Origin: Virgibacillus proomii
GTDB taxonomy: Bacteria > Bacillota > Bacilli > Bacillales > Amphibacillaceae
Assembly (NCBI RefSeq): GCF_900162615.1
Contig: NZ_FUFN01000010.1
Location: forward strand, 2,007,557-2,031,556
Direction: 5' to 3'
DNA length: 24,000 bases
In this document: in pieces, positions 16,410 to 24,000 of the stretch
How positions within the stretch are numbered: the stretch's first letter is position 1
Layout: the number at the start of each line of letters is the position of its first letter
Position numbers and translations under genes: made by a program
The notes under the pieces: generated by a model
Told to the model about the DNA's origin: nothing
The model's database searches: none
Seen by the model: only the letters and a program-made list of their open reading frames with translations

Positions 16410-17594
16410 CTATGATTGATGCGTTTTGATAAATCGTTTAATTCGATTAGCTGCTTCTTCTAATGCTTCGATCGATGTAGCGTAGGATAAACGGATATTA
16501 TTAGGTGCACCAAAACCAGTTCCCGGAATAAGTGCCACCTTCTCCTCTTCTAATAATGCACTAGCCCAATCATCTACATTTTTAAAGCCATTCGCACGTA
16601 CAGCCTCCGTGACATTTGGGAATAAATAAAATGCTCCTTTTGGCTTAATGCATGTCACTCCTGGTATTTCAGTAATTAACTGATACAGTTTTTCCAAACG
16701 CTCAGAAAAGACATGTTTCATTTTCTCACTGAATTCTCCATCCATCTTATAAGCAGCTAATGTAGCATATTGTGCAATTGAAGTTGGATTGGACGTAGAA
16801 TGTGAAGCTAGGCTAGTCATTGCCTTAATGATATTAGCAGGACCAGCAGCATAACCAATTCTCCATCCAGTCATAGAATGAGATTTTGATACTCCATTTA
16901 CAACGACCGTTTGCTCTTTTAGTACAGGCGATAATTGTGCGATCGATACATGTGGATCTTCTGAATAAATTAGTTTTTCATAAATTTCATCGGAAACAAT
17001 TAAGATATTATGCTTTAGGCAAATTTCCCCTAGCTGCTCGAGTTCTTCTTTGCTATACATCATACCAGTTGGATTGCTCGGAGAATTAATAATAATCGCC
17101 TTTGTTTTATCGGTAATCGCTAATTCCAGCTCTTCTGGAGTAATTTTAAATGCATTTTCTTCTTTTGCAGGCACAAAAACTGGAACCCCGCCAGCAAGCT
17201 TTACTTGTTCTGGATAACTTACCCAATATGGAGCAGGAACAATAACCTCATCACCTTCATTTAAGATGACTTGGAATAACGTATAAAGTGCATGCTTTGC
17301 TCCCGTAGTAACGATAATTTGCTCTTTTTCATAAACAAGATTATTATCTGCTTTAAATTTAGCGATAATCGCTTCCTTTAGCTCGACAATACCACCAGAT
17401 GGGGTATATTTAGTCATCCCTTGCTTCATTGCTTCTTCAGCAGCTTGCAAGATAGATTCTGGTGTATTAAAATCTGGCTCTCCTGCTCCTAAAGCGATGA
17501 CATCATGTCCTTGTTGCTTTAATTCCTTGGCTTTTGCGGTAATAGCCAAGGTAGATGAAGGGGTTAATGTTTTAACTCTGTTTGCTAGTTCCAT
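16410..17594 (-). CDS. aspB: Aspartate aminotransferase (PLP-dependent, class I)
   Basis: [42 protein letters not shown] matches B. subtilis AspB. The PLP lysine context [10 protein letters not shown] is present. ATG 17594 lies 6 nt after AAAGGTG; the track start is a GTG in the SD. Confidence 0.93.
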   Translation of the reverse strand: MELANRVKTLTPSSTLAITAKAKELKQQGHDVIALGAGEPDFNTPESILQAAEEAMKQGMTKYTPSGGIVELKEAIIAKFKADNNLVYEKEQIIVTTGAKHALYTLFQVILNEGDEVIVPAPYWVSYPEQVKLAGGVPVFVPAKEENAFKITPEELELAITDKTKAIIINSPSNPTGMMYSKEELEQLGEICLKHNILIVSDEIYEKLIYSEDPHVSIAQLSPVLKEQTVVVNGVSKSHSMTGWRIGYAAGPANIIKAMTSLASHSTSNPTSIAQYATLAAYKMDGEFSEKMKHVFSERLEKLYQLITEIPGVTCIKPKGAFYLFPNVTEAVRANGFKNVDDWASALLEEEKVALIPGTGFGAPNNIRLSYATSIEALEEAANRIKRFIKTHQS

Positions 17595-17607
17595 TTTGAT
17601 CACCTTT

Positions 17608-18150
17608 CTATTTAAACATTCGTTTTAAACGGTATTGTTCATAACGAGAACCATCATACATATCGAAATAATCGAAGACGTAACGACCCGATGAATCTAC
17701 ATATGTAAGTTCCCAGAGTTCCTTTCCATCAACTAGTGCTGGTGTAATTTTAATAAATTTGCAGGATGAGCATTCTTTTTTCCAATCAGTAAGGATCGCT
17801 TCTTTATTAAGAATTTCTGCTTGGTCCACAGTTGTAAGTTGTTTTTCTTTTCCTTTCAACGGATAAAAAATAATCTTATTCTTTCCTTTTTTATCTTTAC
17901 CATACACTACATGATAAGCATTTTCGCCATTAAACGTTTCAATGTCTGTTACCTCTTTTAAAGAACCAGCTTTTAAAAGCTGCTGCTTTGTTTCTTCATA
18001 TCCTGCTGTTTTGCTATCTAACAAATCCATATATAACACGGTTAAATAAATACCACAAGAAACAATAATAAAAATGATGGCGAAGAGGCTCCACTTTAAC
18101 CATTTAGGATTGGTAAATAGTGAAGATAGCTTGTTCTTCATTTGTACCAT
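17608..18150 (-). CDS. ypmB: YpmB-family membrane-anchored protein (PepSY-like)
   Basis: One N-terminal TM segment followed by YHVVYGKDKKG...LWELTYVD, similar to B. subtilis YpmB (YYVVKGTDKKG..LWEVTYLD). The start is uncertain: ATG 18150 or ATG 18141, and both overlap the ypmA 3' end. Confidence 0.8.
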   Translation of the reverse strand: MVQMKNKLSSLFTNPKWLKWSLFAIIFIIVSCGIYLTVLYMDLLDSKTAGYEETKQQLLKAGSLKEVTDIETFNGENAYHVVYGKDKKGKNKIIFYPLKGKEKQLTTVDQAEILNKEAILTDWKKECSSCKFIKITPALVDGKELWELTYVDSSGRYVFDYFDMYDGSRYEQYRLKRMFK

Positions 18151-18274
18151 CCAATGCTAATCCGAACATAAAATCTTGTTCTTTTAAGGTTTTATTTAAC
18201 AAATCAACAATTTTATATAGATCCGGTGAATAGTGAAGCTTTACAGCTGCTAATTTTGTTAAAGAATTCTCCAT
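18104..18274 (-). CDS. ypmA: YpmA-family small protein (DUF4264)
   Basis: 56 aa from ATG 18274 (MENSLTKLAAVKLHY..) with GGAGGG SD, the same length as B. subtilis YpmA. The longer track ORF (to 18382) has no SD. Confidence 0.75.
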   Translation of the reverse strand: MENSLTKLAAVKLHYSPDLYKIVDLLNKTLKEQDFMFGLALDGTNEEQAIFTIYQS

Positions 18275-18388
18275 CTTTTTCCCTCCTGGATAAAAGTTTC
18301 TTGTTTTATCAAGATCTGTTAGACATAATATGCAGCTTGCTGCAAATGCTAGGTATATGCTGAATGAATATAAATGAAGCATAGTTAT

Positions 18389-18397
18389 AGTATACCA
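18389..18397 (-). promoter_or_regulatory. Candidate extended -10 (TGgTATACT) for the ypmA-ypmB-aspB-asnS operon
   Basis: The minus strand reads tggtatact, with a poor -35 element. Confidence 0.3.
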
Positions 18398-18471
18398 AGC
18401 TTCTTACCAAATTTGTTTTGTTTTTATTTATTTCGGCAAATTTTTTTCTAACCTATACCACTTTATGAATG

Positions 18472-18501
18472 CTGATGCTTCTATTGAGCATCAGTTTTTT
18501 T
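18472..18501 (+). terminator. Canonical plus-strand intrinsic terminator with no annotated plus-strand gene upstream
   Basis: ctgatgct-tctattg-agcatcag forms an 8-bp stem followed by ttttttt on the plus strand. On the minus strand the hairpin is followed by cattcataaag, with no U-tract. Confidence 0.6.
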
Positions 18502-18547
18502 ATACTATAGGAATGTATAAAACTTTAGGTTTTGTATCTTTCGCCAT

Positions 18548-18591
18548 AAAACTTGGCGACAAGCCAAGTTTTTCTAATATAGGAAATTATA
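18548..18591 (+). repeat. R3 hairpin module, copy 2 (downstream of the dinG stop)
   Basis: See 8568-8612. The stem is acttggc/gccaagt (18561-18567 / 18573-18579). The plus strand follows with ttttt and the minus strand with ttttatgg, so it probably serves as the dinG terminator. Confidence 0.7.
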
Positions 18592-18662
18592 TATGCATGT
18601 TGAGTAACTTCTTTAAACGTATCATGATCTCGCTGAATCGCCTAATCATTGAGTTCGCTTCA

Positions 18663-21461
18663 TTAAAACCATTGTTCTGCTTTTTTCAATAACTCATTGG
18701 TTGTATCAAAGGTCAATGGTACCTTAGGAATGGAGTCAATAAAATATTTCCCATATCGAGCTTTGATAATTCGTGAATCACAAATAAAAACAATTCCTCG
18801 ATCATTACTGGAGCGAATTAGTCTGCCAAAGCCTTGTTTAAAGCGAATGACAGCATTTGGTAAAGCATATTCCATAAATGGGTTTTTCCCTTTGTTCTTA
18901 AAAAATTGTGCCTTCGCCTGATGAACGGGATGATCAGGCGGTTGAAATGGTAATCGGACAATGACAAGGCAAGATAAATCTTCTCCTGGTATATCAACGC
19001 CTTCCCAAAATGAACTAGTTCCTAATAAGATGGCGTGATTGAATGATTGAAAATTTTTCTTCAAACGTGTTCTGCTGCCACTAGAAATACCTTGAGCAAT
19101 TAATACATAACGATCATCTTGCATCATTTCTTTTAAAATTTCATATGATTTACGTAACATTTCATATGAGGTAAATAAGACTAGCATACGTCCATCTGTA
19201 ATTTGTGCCAAAGATAAAATTACTTCGCTAGTTGCGTAAATAAAATCATCATTATTTCCATATTTTATATCTGGAAAATCATTCGGTATCATTAACTGGA
19301 CTTGATCATAGTAAGAAAATGGAGATGCAATTTGTTTTGCAATTAATCTGTCCGGATCAATTCCAAGTCGATCGATAATAAATTGGAATGACTTCCCCAT
19401 CGTTAAGGTAGCACTTGTCAAAATAACACTGTGCTTTGTAGTAAAGAAGTCTTCAGCTAATAATGTTGACACATCAGTAGGTTCGCTATACAAATAGACC
19501 GCATTTTTGGCTCCATTTGCTTCAATTTCCATCCACTTTACCTGTTTCATACTGTCTTCAACAAGAAAAAGCTGTTCCAGTTGATCAATATATATTTGTA
19601 ACTGTTCTGTACAATAATTAATTCTCTCATTATCCTCAGTTCGAATTTCTTCTTTGTTTAACTGGGCTTTCATGATAGCCAAACCATGAATCAAATCCCT
19701 AAGGTAAAAGATAAGCCGAGTTACCATATCAATAATCGTACTCCACTTTCTTTCATCTTCCTGCTTTTTTTCAAACCGATACTGAGTTCTGCCAATATCA
19801 CTTAACGTTTTATTTATTCTTCGTTGCTCCATGACGTATTGAAATAACTGCCGAAACAAATCATCTGTTTCATACTTTGCATTATCTAATAACTCATTCC
19901 ACTGTTCTACTATTGTTGCAGGTACAGCTACTTCATAATGCGAGAGAATGCGATAAACAAGCTTTTCATCATCTGTTTTCCCCAGTTGATTAAGCGTATA
20001 CTGTATTTGAACATAATCCAGTTTTAAACCGTAATACCTAGAGACGGTTGCTTCAAAATGATGTGCTTCATCGATAATTACTTGATCAAAGCTTGGCAAC
20101 AGAGATGAGGCATGAAACATATCGGTACATAACAATGCATGATTCGTAATTACAATATTTGCCTGCTGCGCCTTCCGACGTGCCTTTTGATAATAAGATT
20201 TAAAAAACCATGGAGAAGTCGGATCAATATTTTCTTCCATCTCAGCGGAAATCCGCCTGAAAAATCGATAACCACTAGCGGGCAATTGGATCTCATCAAT
20301 ATCACCGGTACATGTTTCTGTTAACCAAACGAATATCATAGCTTTGGTTAAGGCAATATCATAATTGTTCTCTTCTGTTTCAGCTAGTTCTTGTTCTAAC
20401 TTCTCCAAGCTAATATAATGAGATTTTCCTTTTAAAAGCGCAACTCGAAAAGGAAATGGCAGCAGTTTTTTGATTAGCGGGGTTTCTTCTTCCAATAATT
20501 GTGATTGCAATTGAGTTGTATACGTACTAATCACGATTCTTTTCCCTGTTGTAACTGCTTTGTAGACGGCAGGGATTAAATATGCTAATGATTTTCCAGT
20601 ACCGGTCTCTGCTTCAATTAATGCATGCTCTTTTCTCTGAAACGCATCAAAAATAATTTCTGACATTTCCCGTTGTCCAGTTCGCCTCTCATATTTTTCC
20701 ATCGTTTTTGCAAGCGTTCCGTCCGCTTCATAAATGCTGTCAAGATAATCACCGAATGATATATCTACAGAGGTAAGCGGTTCATCTATTATCTCTGTAT
20801 GCCGATAGGCCAGTCCCCGATATGTATCTATTTTCGTATCCTCGGATGGGTTAAACAATCGTTGCTCTTTATAATAATGAAACAGTTTATACACGTCAGA
20901 CTTTAATGTTTTTTCTAGTTTTAAAAGCTGATCCATTGTTTCATATGGTAAAGAAGCAAGCTTCTCTTTTATTTTTAAAAATAATTTCCCTGTTACGAAA
21001 GCGTCCGATAACGCTCGATGAGGTTGATTATGATTAATCTGTAAATGTTCGGTAAGCTGATTTAACTTATAACTAGGTGAAGTTGGGAAAAAAATTCTAG
21101 CCAATTCTACCGTATCGAGTACCGGATTAGTTAACTTTGATTGACCGCAATTCTCTAATTCCAAATTTAAAAAACCTAAATCAAATGGAACATTATGAGC
21201 TATCAGGTAGCTGTCTTTAAACAGTTCGATAATTTCTTCAGCAACCTCATTAAAGGTAGGAGCCTCCATAACATCTTCATCTGAAATCCCTGTTAGATTT
21301 GTGATAAATGAAGGGATTTCCTGTTTGGGATTCAGTAAGGTGGAGTAACTATCAACAATGGCATCTTGTTCAATAACAACAATTCCTACTTCAATAATTT
21401 TATCTGTTTTTGCTGGTGAGTTTCCGGTTGTTTCTAAATCTATGACTACATATCGATCCAT
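18663..21461 (-). CDS. dinG: DinG-family bifunctional 3'-5' exonuclease / ATP-dependent helicase
   Basis: The N-terminus has a DnaQ-like exonuclease domain (VVIDLETTG, HNVPFDLGFL, HRALSDA). This is followed by an SF2 helicase (ETGTGKS, DEAHH box) and the C-terminal motif GFGRLIRS. ATG 21461 lies 6 nt after GAGGTGG. Confidence 0.93.
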   Translation of the reverse strand: MDRYVVIDLETTGNSPAKTDKIIEVGIVVIEQDAIVDSYSTLLNPKQEIPSFITNLTGISDEDVMEAPTFNEVAEEIIELFKDSYLIAHNVPFDLGFLNLELENCGQSKLTNPVLDTVELARIFFPTSPSYKLNQLTEHLQINHNQPHRALSDAFVTGKLFLKIKEKLASLPYETMDQLLKLEKTLKSDVYKLFHYYKEQRLFNPSEDTKIDTYRGLAYRHTEIIDEPLTSVDISFGDYLDSIYEADGTLAKTMEKYERRTGQREMSEIIFDAFQRKEHALIEAETGTGKSLAYLIPAVYKAVTTGKRIVISTYTTQLQSQLLEEETPLIKKLLPFPFRVALLKGKSHYISLEKLEQELAETEENNYDIALTKAMIFVWLTETCTGDIDEIQLPASGYRFFRRISAEMEENIDPTSPWFFKSYYQKARRKAQQANIVITNHALLCTDMFHASSLLPSFDQVIIDEAHHFEATVSRYYGLKLDYVQIQYTLNQLGKTDDEKLVYRILSHYEVAVPATIVEQWNELLDNAKYETDDLFRQLFQYVMEQRRINKTLSDIGRTQYRFEKKQEDERKWSTIIDMVTRLIFYLRDLIHGLAIMKAQLNKEEIRTEDNERINYCTEQLQIYIDQLEQLFLVEDSMKQVKWMEIEANGAKNAVYLYSEPTDVSTLLAEDFFTTKHSVILTSATLTMGKSFQFIIDRLGIDPDRLIAKQIASPFSYYDQVQLMIPNDFPDIKYGNNDDFIYATSEVILSLAQITDGRMLVLFTSYEMLRKSYEILKEMMQDDRYVLIAQGISSGSRTRLKKNFQSFNHAILLGTSSFWEGVDIPGEDLSCLVIVRLPFQPPDHPVHQAKAQFFKNKGKNPFMEYALPNAVIRFKQGFGRLIRSSNDRGIVFICDSRIIKARYGKYFIDSIPKVPLTFDTTNELLKKAEQWF

Positions 21462-21508
21462 ACATAACCACCTCACTTCATTTGTGATCGTATTTACCAG
21501 TTGTTCAG

Positions 21509-22510
21509 TTAGTCGGACGATGAATAGTCAAACCAGTCAATTTCTCCAGAATATAACCGTTCAACACGATTTTCCTCATTTTTTACTAATAATGCTCCAT
21601 CTTCGGCCAACCCGTAAAATATAGCTTTTTGTTGTTTATTTAATTGGTGAATCGTAATCATTTCACCGATGCGAAACCCGTACTTTTCCCATTTTGTCTT
21701 TACCACTTGAAAACCTTTCTTTATATATAAATCATAAATATGCTCAAAAGATACTAAAAAATGCTGGATTATTTGTTGAATAGACCACTCTGTTCCAGAT
21801 TCAATTCGCAGTGAAGTTGCTCGCTGCTGTAATTCCTCCGGCCAGTCTTCCAATTGTTGATTTATATTTAATCCTACACCAATGATTACGTAGTCGATCT
21901 GATCTTGTTCTGCTTGTAGTTCTGTTAAAATTCCAGCACATTTTTTACCATTACTAAACAGTATATCATTTGGCCACTTAATCAGTGGATGTAAAGGTGT
22001 AAGTTCTTTAATCGTATCCGCTAAAGCAACAGCAGTTAATAATGTTAATTGCGGAGCAAGATATGGAGGTAAAGGTGGTTCGAGAATTATGCTCAACCAC
22101 ATACCATCGCCTTTTTTAGTGTGCCACGTTCTATTCATTCTGCCTCTACCTGAAGTTTGTTCATTTGCAATAACAATTGTTCCATGTTCACTAATACTTT
22201 CCTTAGCAGTGTTATGAGCAAGGATTTGCGTAGAGCTAGTTACTTCACGGTGAATGATCTTTTTGCCAAGCCAGTTCGTATCTAAGCCCCATTGCAGCGT
22301 ATTTGCTGTTATTTTATCCGGATAGCCAATAATTCGATAACCAAGCTTCGACTTTGCTTCAATCAAATAGCCATCTTTTTTTAGATCATTCATATGTTTC
22401 CAAATGGCACTACGCGATATATTTAGTTGTTCAGAGAGTTTTTGTCCGGAAATATACGTATCTTTATTCTCTGCCAATAGATGAATTAATTTATTCCGGG
22501 TGGATTCCAT
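21509..22510 (-). CDS. birA: Bifunctional biotin-protein ligase / biotin operon repressor BirA
   Basis: The N-terminal wHTH is ISGQKLSEQLNISRSAIWKHM, followed by the GRGRMNRTW biotin-binding loop and the KWPNDI motif. ATG 22510 lies 8 nt after AAGGAG and overlaps the cca 3' end by 25 nt. Confidence 0.93.
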   Translation of the reverse strand: MESTRNKLIHLLAENKDTYISGQKLSEQLNISRSAIWKHMNDLKKDGYLIEAKSKLGYRIIGYPDKITANTLQWGLDTNWLGKKIIHREVTSSTQILAHNTAKESISEHGTIVIANEQTSGRGRMNRTWHTKKGDGMWLSIILEPPLPPYLAPQLTLLTAVALADTIKELTPLHPLIKWPNDILFSNGKKCAGILTELQAEQDQIDYVIIGVGLNINQQLEDWPEELQQRATSLRIESGTEWSIQQIIQHFLVSFEHIYDLYIKKGFQVVKTKWEKYGFRIGEMITIHQLNKQQKAIFYGLAEDGALLVKNEENRVERLYSGEIDWFDYSSSD

Positions 22511-23685
22511 TTTATCCACTCCTTTATCGCTTGATATTCATTAGGTAATTGCTTTGTAACAATTTGGCGTTCAATAGAATTTAATAATTGCTGGATCCAT
22601 GGTCCACGTTTTGAACCTGGAAATAGCTCTAAAATATCATTACCGCTAAAATTGATTTCCTGTTTTGTATGTATTGGTAATGCATGGTCTATTTCCAGCA
22701 TCTGTTCCATCATAACTTTCTTACCGCATAAACAACTAATAAGCCGCACAAAACCGCCATAGAGAGTATTCGGCAATTGATAAACAAGCCAAGGACTTAG
22801 ACCTTCATGACTGAATAAATCAATTTGCTCGGTTAATTGTAATGCTTCTCGTTTTTGCTTGTTGGAGCATTTCCAAGCCTTTGACCAAGCTGCAATAGAA
22901 ATAGAGCGATCTAAAAAATGAAATAAGACCAATACTTCACTAAATGAAAGTAATGGCTTTACATTAGCTGGCAAACGAACAAATAATTGATCGTTGTCAC
23001 GAAATATCGGTAAATATTGATATATTTTTAAATTTATAATGTAATCGAGCGCTTTTTGTACATGTTCTCCTGCAAACAACTTCGTAAATTCTTTTGTAAT
23101 TCGTTCCACAGCAAGACCTTCTATTTCCTGTTTTACTTGTTTCATATGTGTAATGGTTTCCGGATGAATGGTAAAGCCGAGCTGACTGCTAAATCGTAAT
23201 GCACGAATAATACGCAATGGATCCTCCGAGAATCTTTCTACCCCATTGCCAACTGTTCGGATGATTCCTTTTTTTAAATCACTTTTGCCATGAAATAAAT
23301 CAATAATCTTTCCATCTTTATCCATGGCAAGTGCGTTAATGGTAAAGTCCCTTCGCTCAAGATCCTTGTCAATTTGGTCAATATACGTAACTGTATCTGG
23401 ATGGCGTTGATCTGAATAATTGCCATCGACCCGGAATGTCGTTACCTCATAGGATTGTCCTTCAAATCGAACGATCACAGTACCATGCTCAATCCCAACC
23501 GGAATAATCGATTCAAATATTTGCTGTAACTCATCAGGGGTTGCTGATGTAGCAATATCAATATCTCCAATTGGTCGACTTATCAAATAATCTCGAACAC
23601 AGCCACCAACAAAATAAGCTTGGTGCTGATAACTTTCAATTATTTCTAAGATGGCCTTTGCTTTATGAAAGGGGTTTGCTAACAT
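22486..23685 (-). CDS. cca: CCA-adding enzyme (tRNA nucleotidyltransferase)
   Basis: Motifs AYFVGGCVRD, GDIDIATSA, RRDFTINA and DPLRIIRALRF are present. The preferred start is ATG 23685 (MLANPF..), just after the bshA stop. Confidence 0.92.
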   Translation of the reverse strand: MLANPFHKAKAILEIIESYQHQAYFVGGCVRDYLISRPIGDIDIATSATPDELQQIFESIIPVGIEHGTVIVRFEGQSYEVTTFRVDGNYSDQRHPDTVTYIDQIDKDLERRDFTINALAMDKDGKIIDLFHGKSDLKKGIIRTVGNGVERFSEDPLRIIRALRFSSQLGFTIHPETITHMKQVKQEIEGLAVERITKEFTKLFAGEHVQKALDYIINLKIYQYLPIFRDNDQLFVRLPANVKPLLSFSEVLVLFHFLDRSISIAAWSKAWKCSNKQKREALQLTEQIDLFSHEGLSPWLVYQLPNTLYGGFVRLISCLCGKKVMMEQMLEIDHALPIHTKQEINFSGNDILELFPGSKRGPWIQQLLNSIERQIVTKQLPNEYQAIKEWIKWNPPGIN

Positions 23686-23690
23686 GTTAA

Positions 23691-24000
23691 TCACCAATTT
23701 CTAATTCTATGACTACCTAGTACTTGTTCATACAATTGCTCATATTCGTTTACAATAATATCGGAATGGAACTTAACGTTTGCCCGCTTCAGCGCCTGTT
23801 CAGAAAATAAATGTAACTTGTTTTCATCTGTTAATAATTGAACCGCATATTCCGCTGCTTGATTTACTGCACCAAGTTGAACAAGATAACCTGTTACTCC
23901 ATGTTCAATCACTTCAGGAATACCGCCAATTCTCGTTCCAATACAAGGAACACCGCAAGCCATTGCTTCTAATAAGACAAGGCCAAAGCTTTCTTTTTCA
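23691..24000 (-). CDS. bshA: GT4 glycosyltransferase, C-terminal part (bacillithiol biosynthesis BshA-like); 5' end outside the window
   Basis: ESFGLVLLEAMACGVPCIGTRIGGIPEVIEHGVTGYL is a GT4 EX7E region. The reading frame stays open to the window edge. The position upstream of cca-birA matches B. subtilis ypjH/bshA. Confidence 0.8.
   Translation of the reverse strand, partial: EKESFGLVLLEAMACGVPCIGTRIGGIPEVIEHGVTGYLVQLGAVNQAAEYAVQLLTDENKLHLFSEQALKRANVKFHSDIIVNEYEQLYEQVLGSHRIRNW

Noticed and set aside
18465-18692. A 75-aa plus-strand ORF in the dinG-ypmA spacer.
   Set aside because: It spans two terminator hairpins and the dinG 3' end, and has no SD.
1-24000. A scan for CRISPR arrays, tRNA/rRNA genes, prophage or integrase genes and defence-system-like clusters.
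   Set aside because: I found no regularly spaced direct repeats, cloverleaf candidates or unassigned multi-gene clusters. Every ORF above about 100 aa has a housekeeping assignment consistent with B. subtilis synteny. The other antisense track ORFs (6698-6922, 7261-7479, 9362-9631, 11351-11554, 12004-12231, 15087-15296, 15659-15841, 16886-17089, 18697-18921, 20139-20324, 21358-21624, 22354-22548) are shadows of the real genes.

Overview
This is a low-GC Bacillaceae-type chromosomal core region. It is collinear with the Bacillus subtilis ypjH(bshA)-to-ypwA block, and most genes lie on the minus strand. From high to low coordinates the order is: bshA (partial), cca, birA, dinG; ypmA, ypmB, aspB, asnS; dnaD, nth. 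Then recU-ponA on the plus strand, followed by yppC, sspM (+), a small ORF at the yppD position, yppE, cdd, gpsB, RNase P RNA (rnpB), ypsC and ypwA (M32 carboxypeptidase). The window ends with the type III polyketide synthase pair bpsA-bpsB and a decayed IS1182-family transposase remnant at the window start. Several ORF-track starts are GTG codons inside Shine-Dalgarno sequences, so I moved those starts to the downstream ATG. I found no CRISPR array, tRNA/rRNA, prophage, defence-island-like cluster or other convincing novel multi-gene system; this looks like an ordinary housekeeping region. The annotated genes leave the following unexplained. (1) A ~95-120 nt repeat family (R2) occurs three times in intergenic spacers. 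(2) Two homologous decayed IS1182-like gene fragments are present. (3) A ~45 nt hairpin module (R3) is duplicated just past the stops of yppC and dinG. (4) A canonical plus-strand terminator has no plus-strand gene. (5) A ~540 nt ORF-free spacer next to gpsB sits where ypsA is expected, and contains a promoter-like site abutting a terminator. All family assignments come from motif recognition by eye and from memory, not from database searches.
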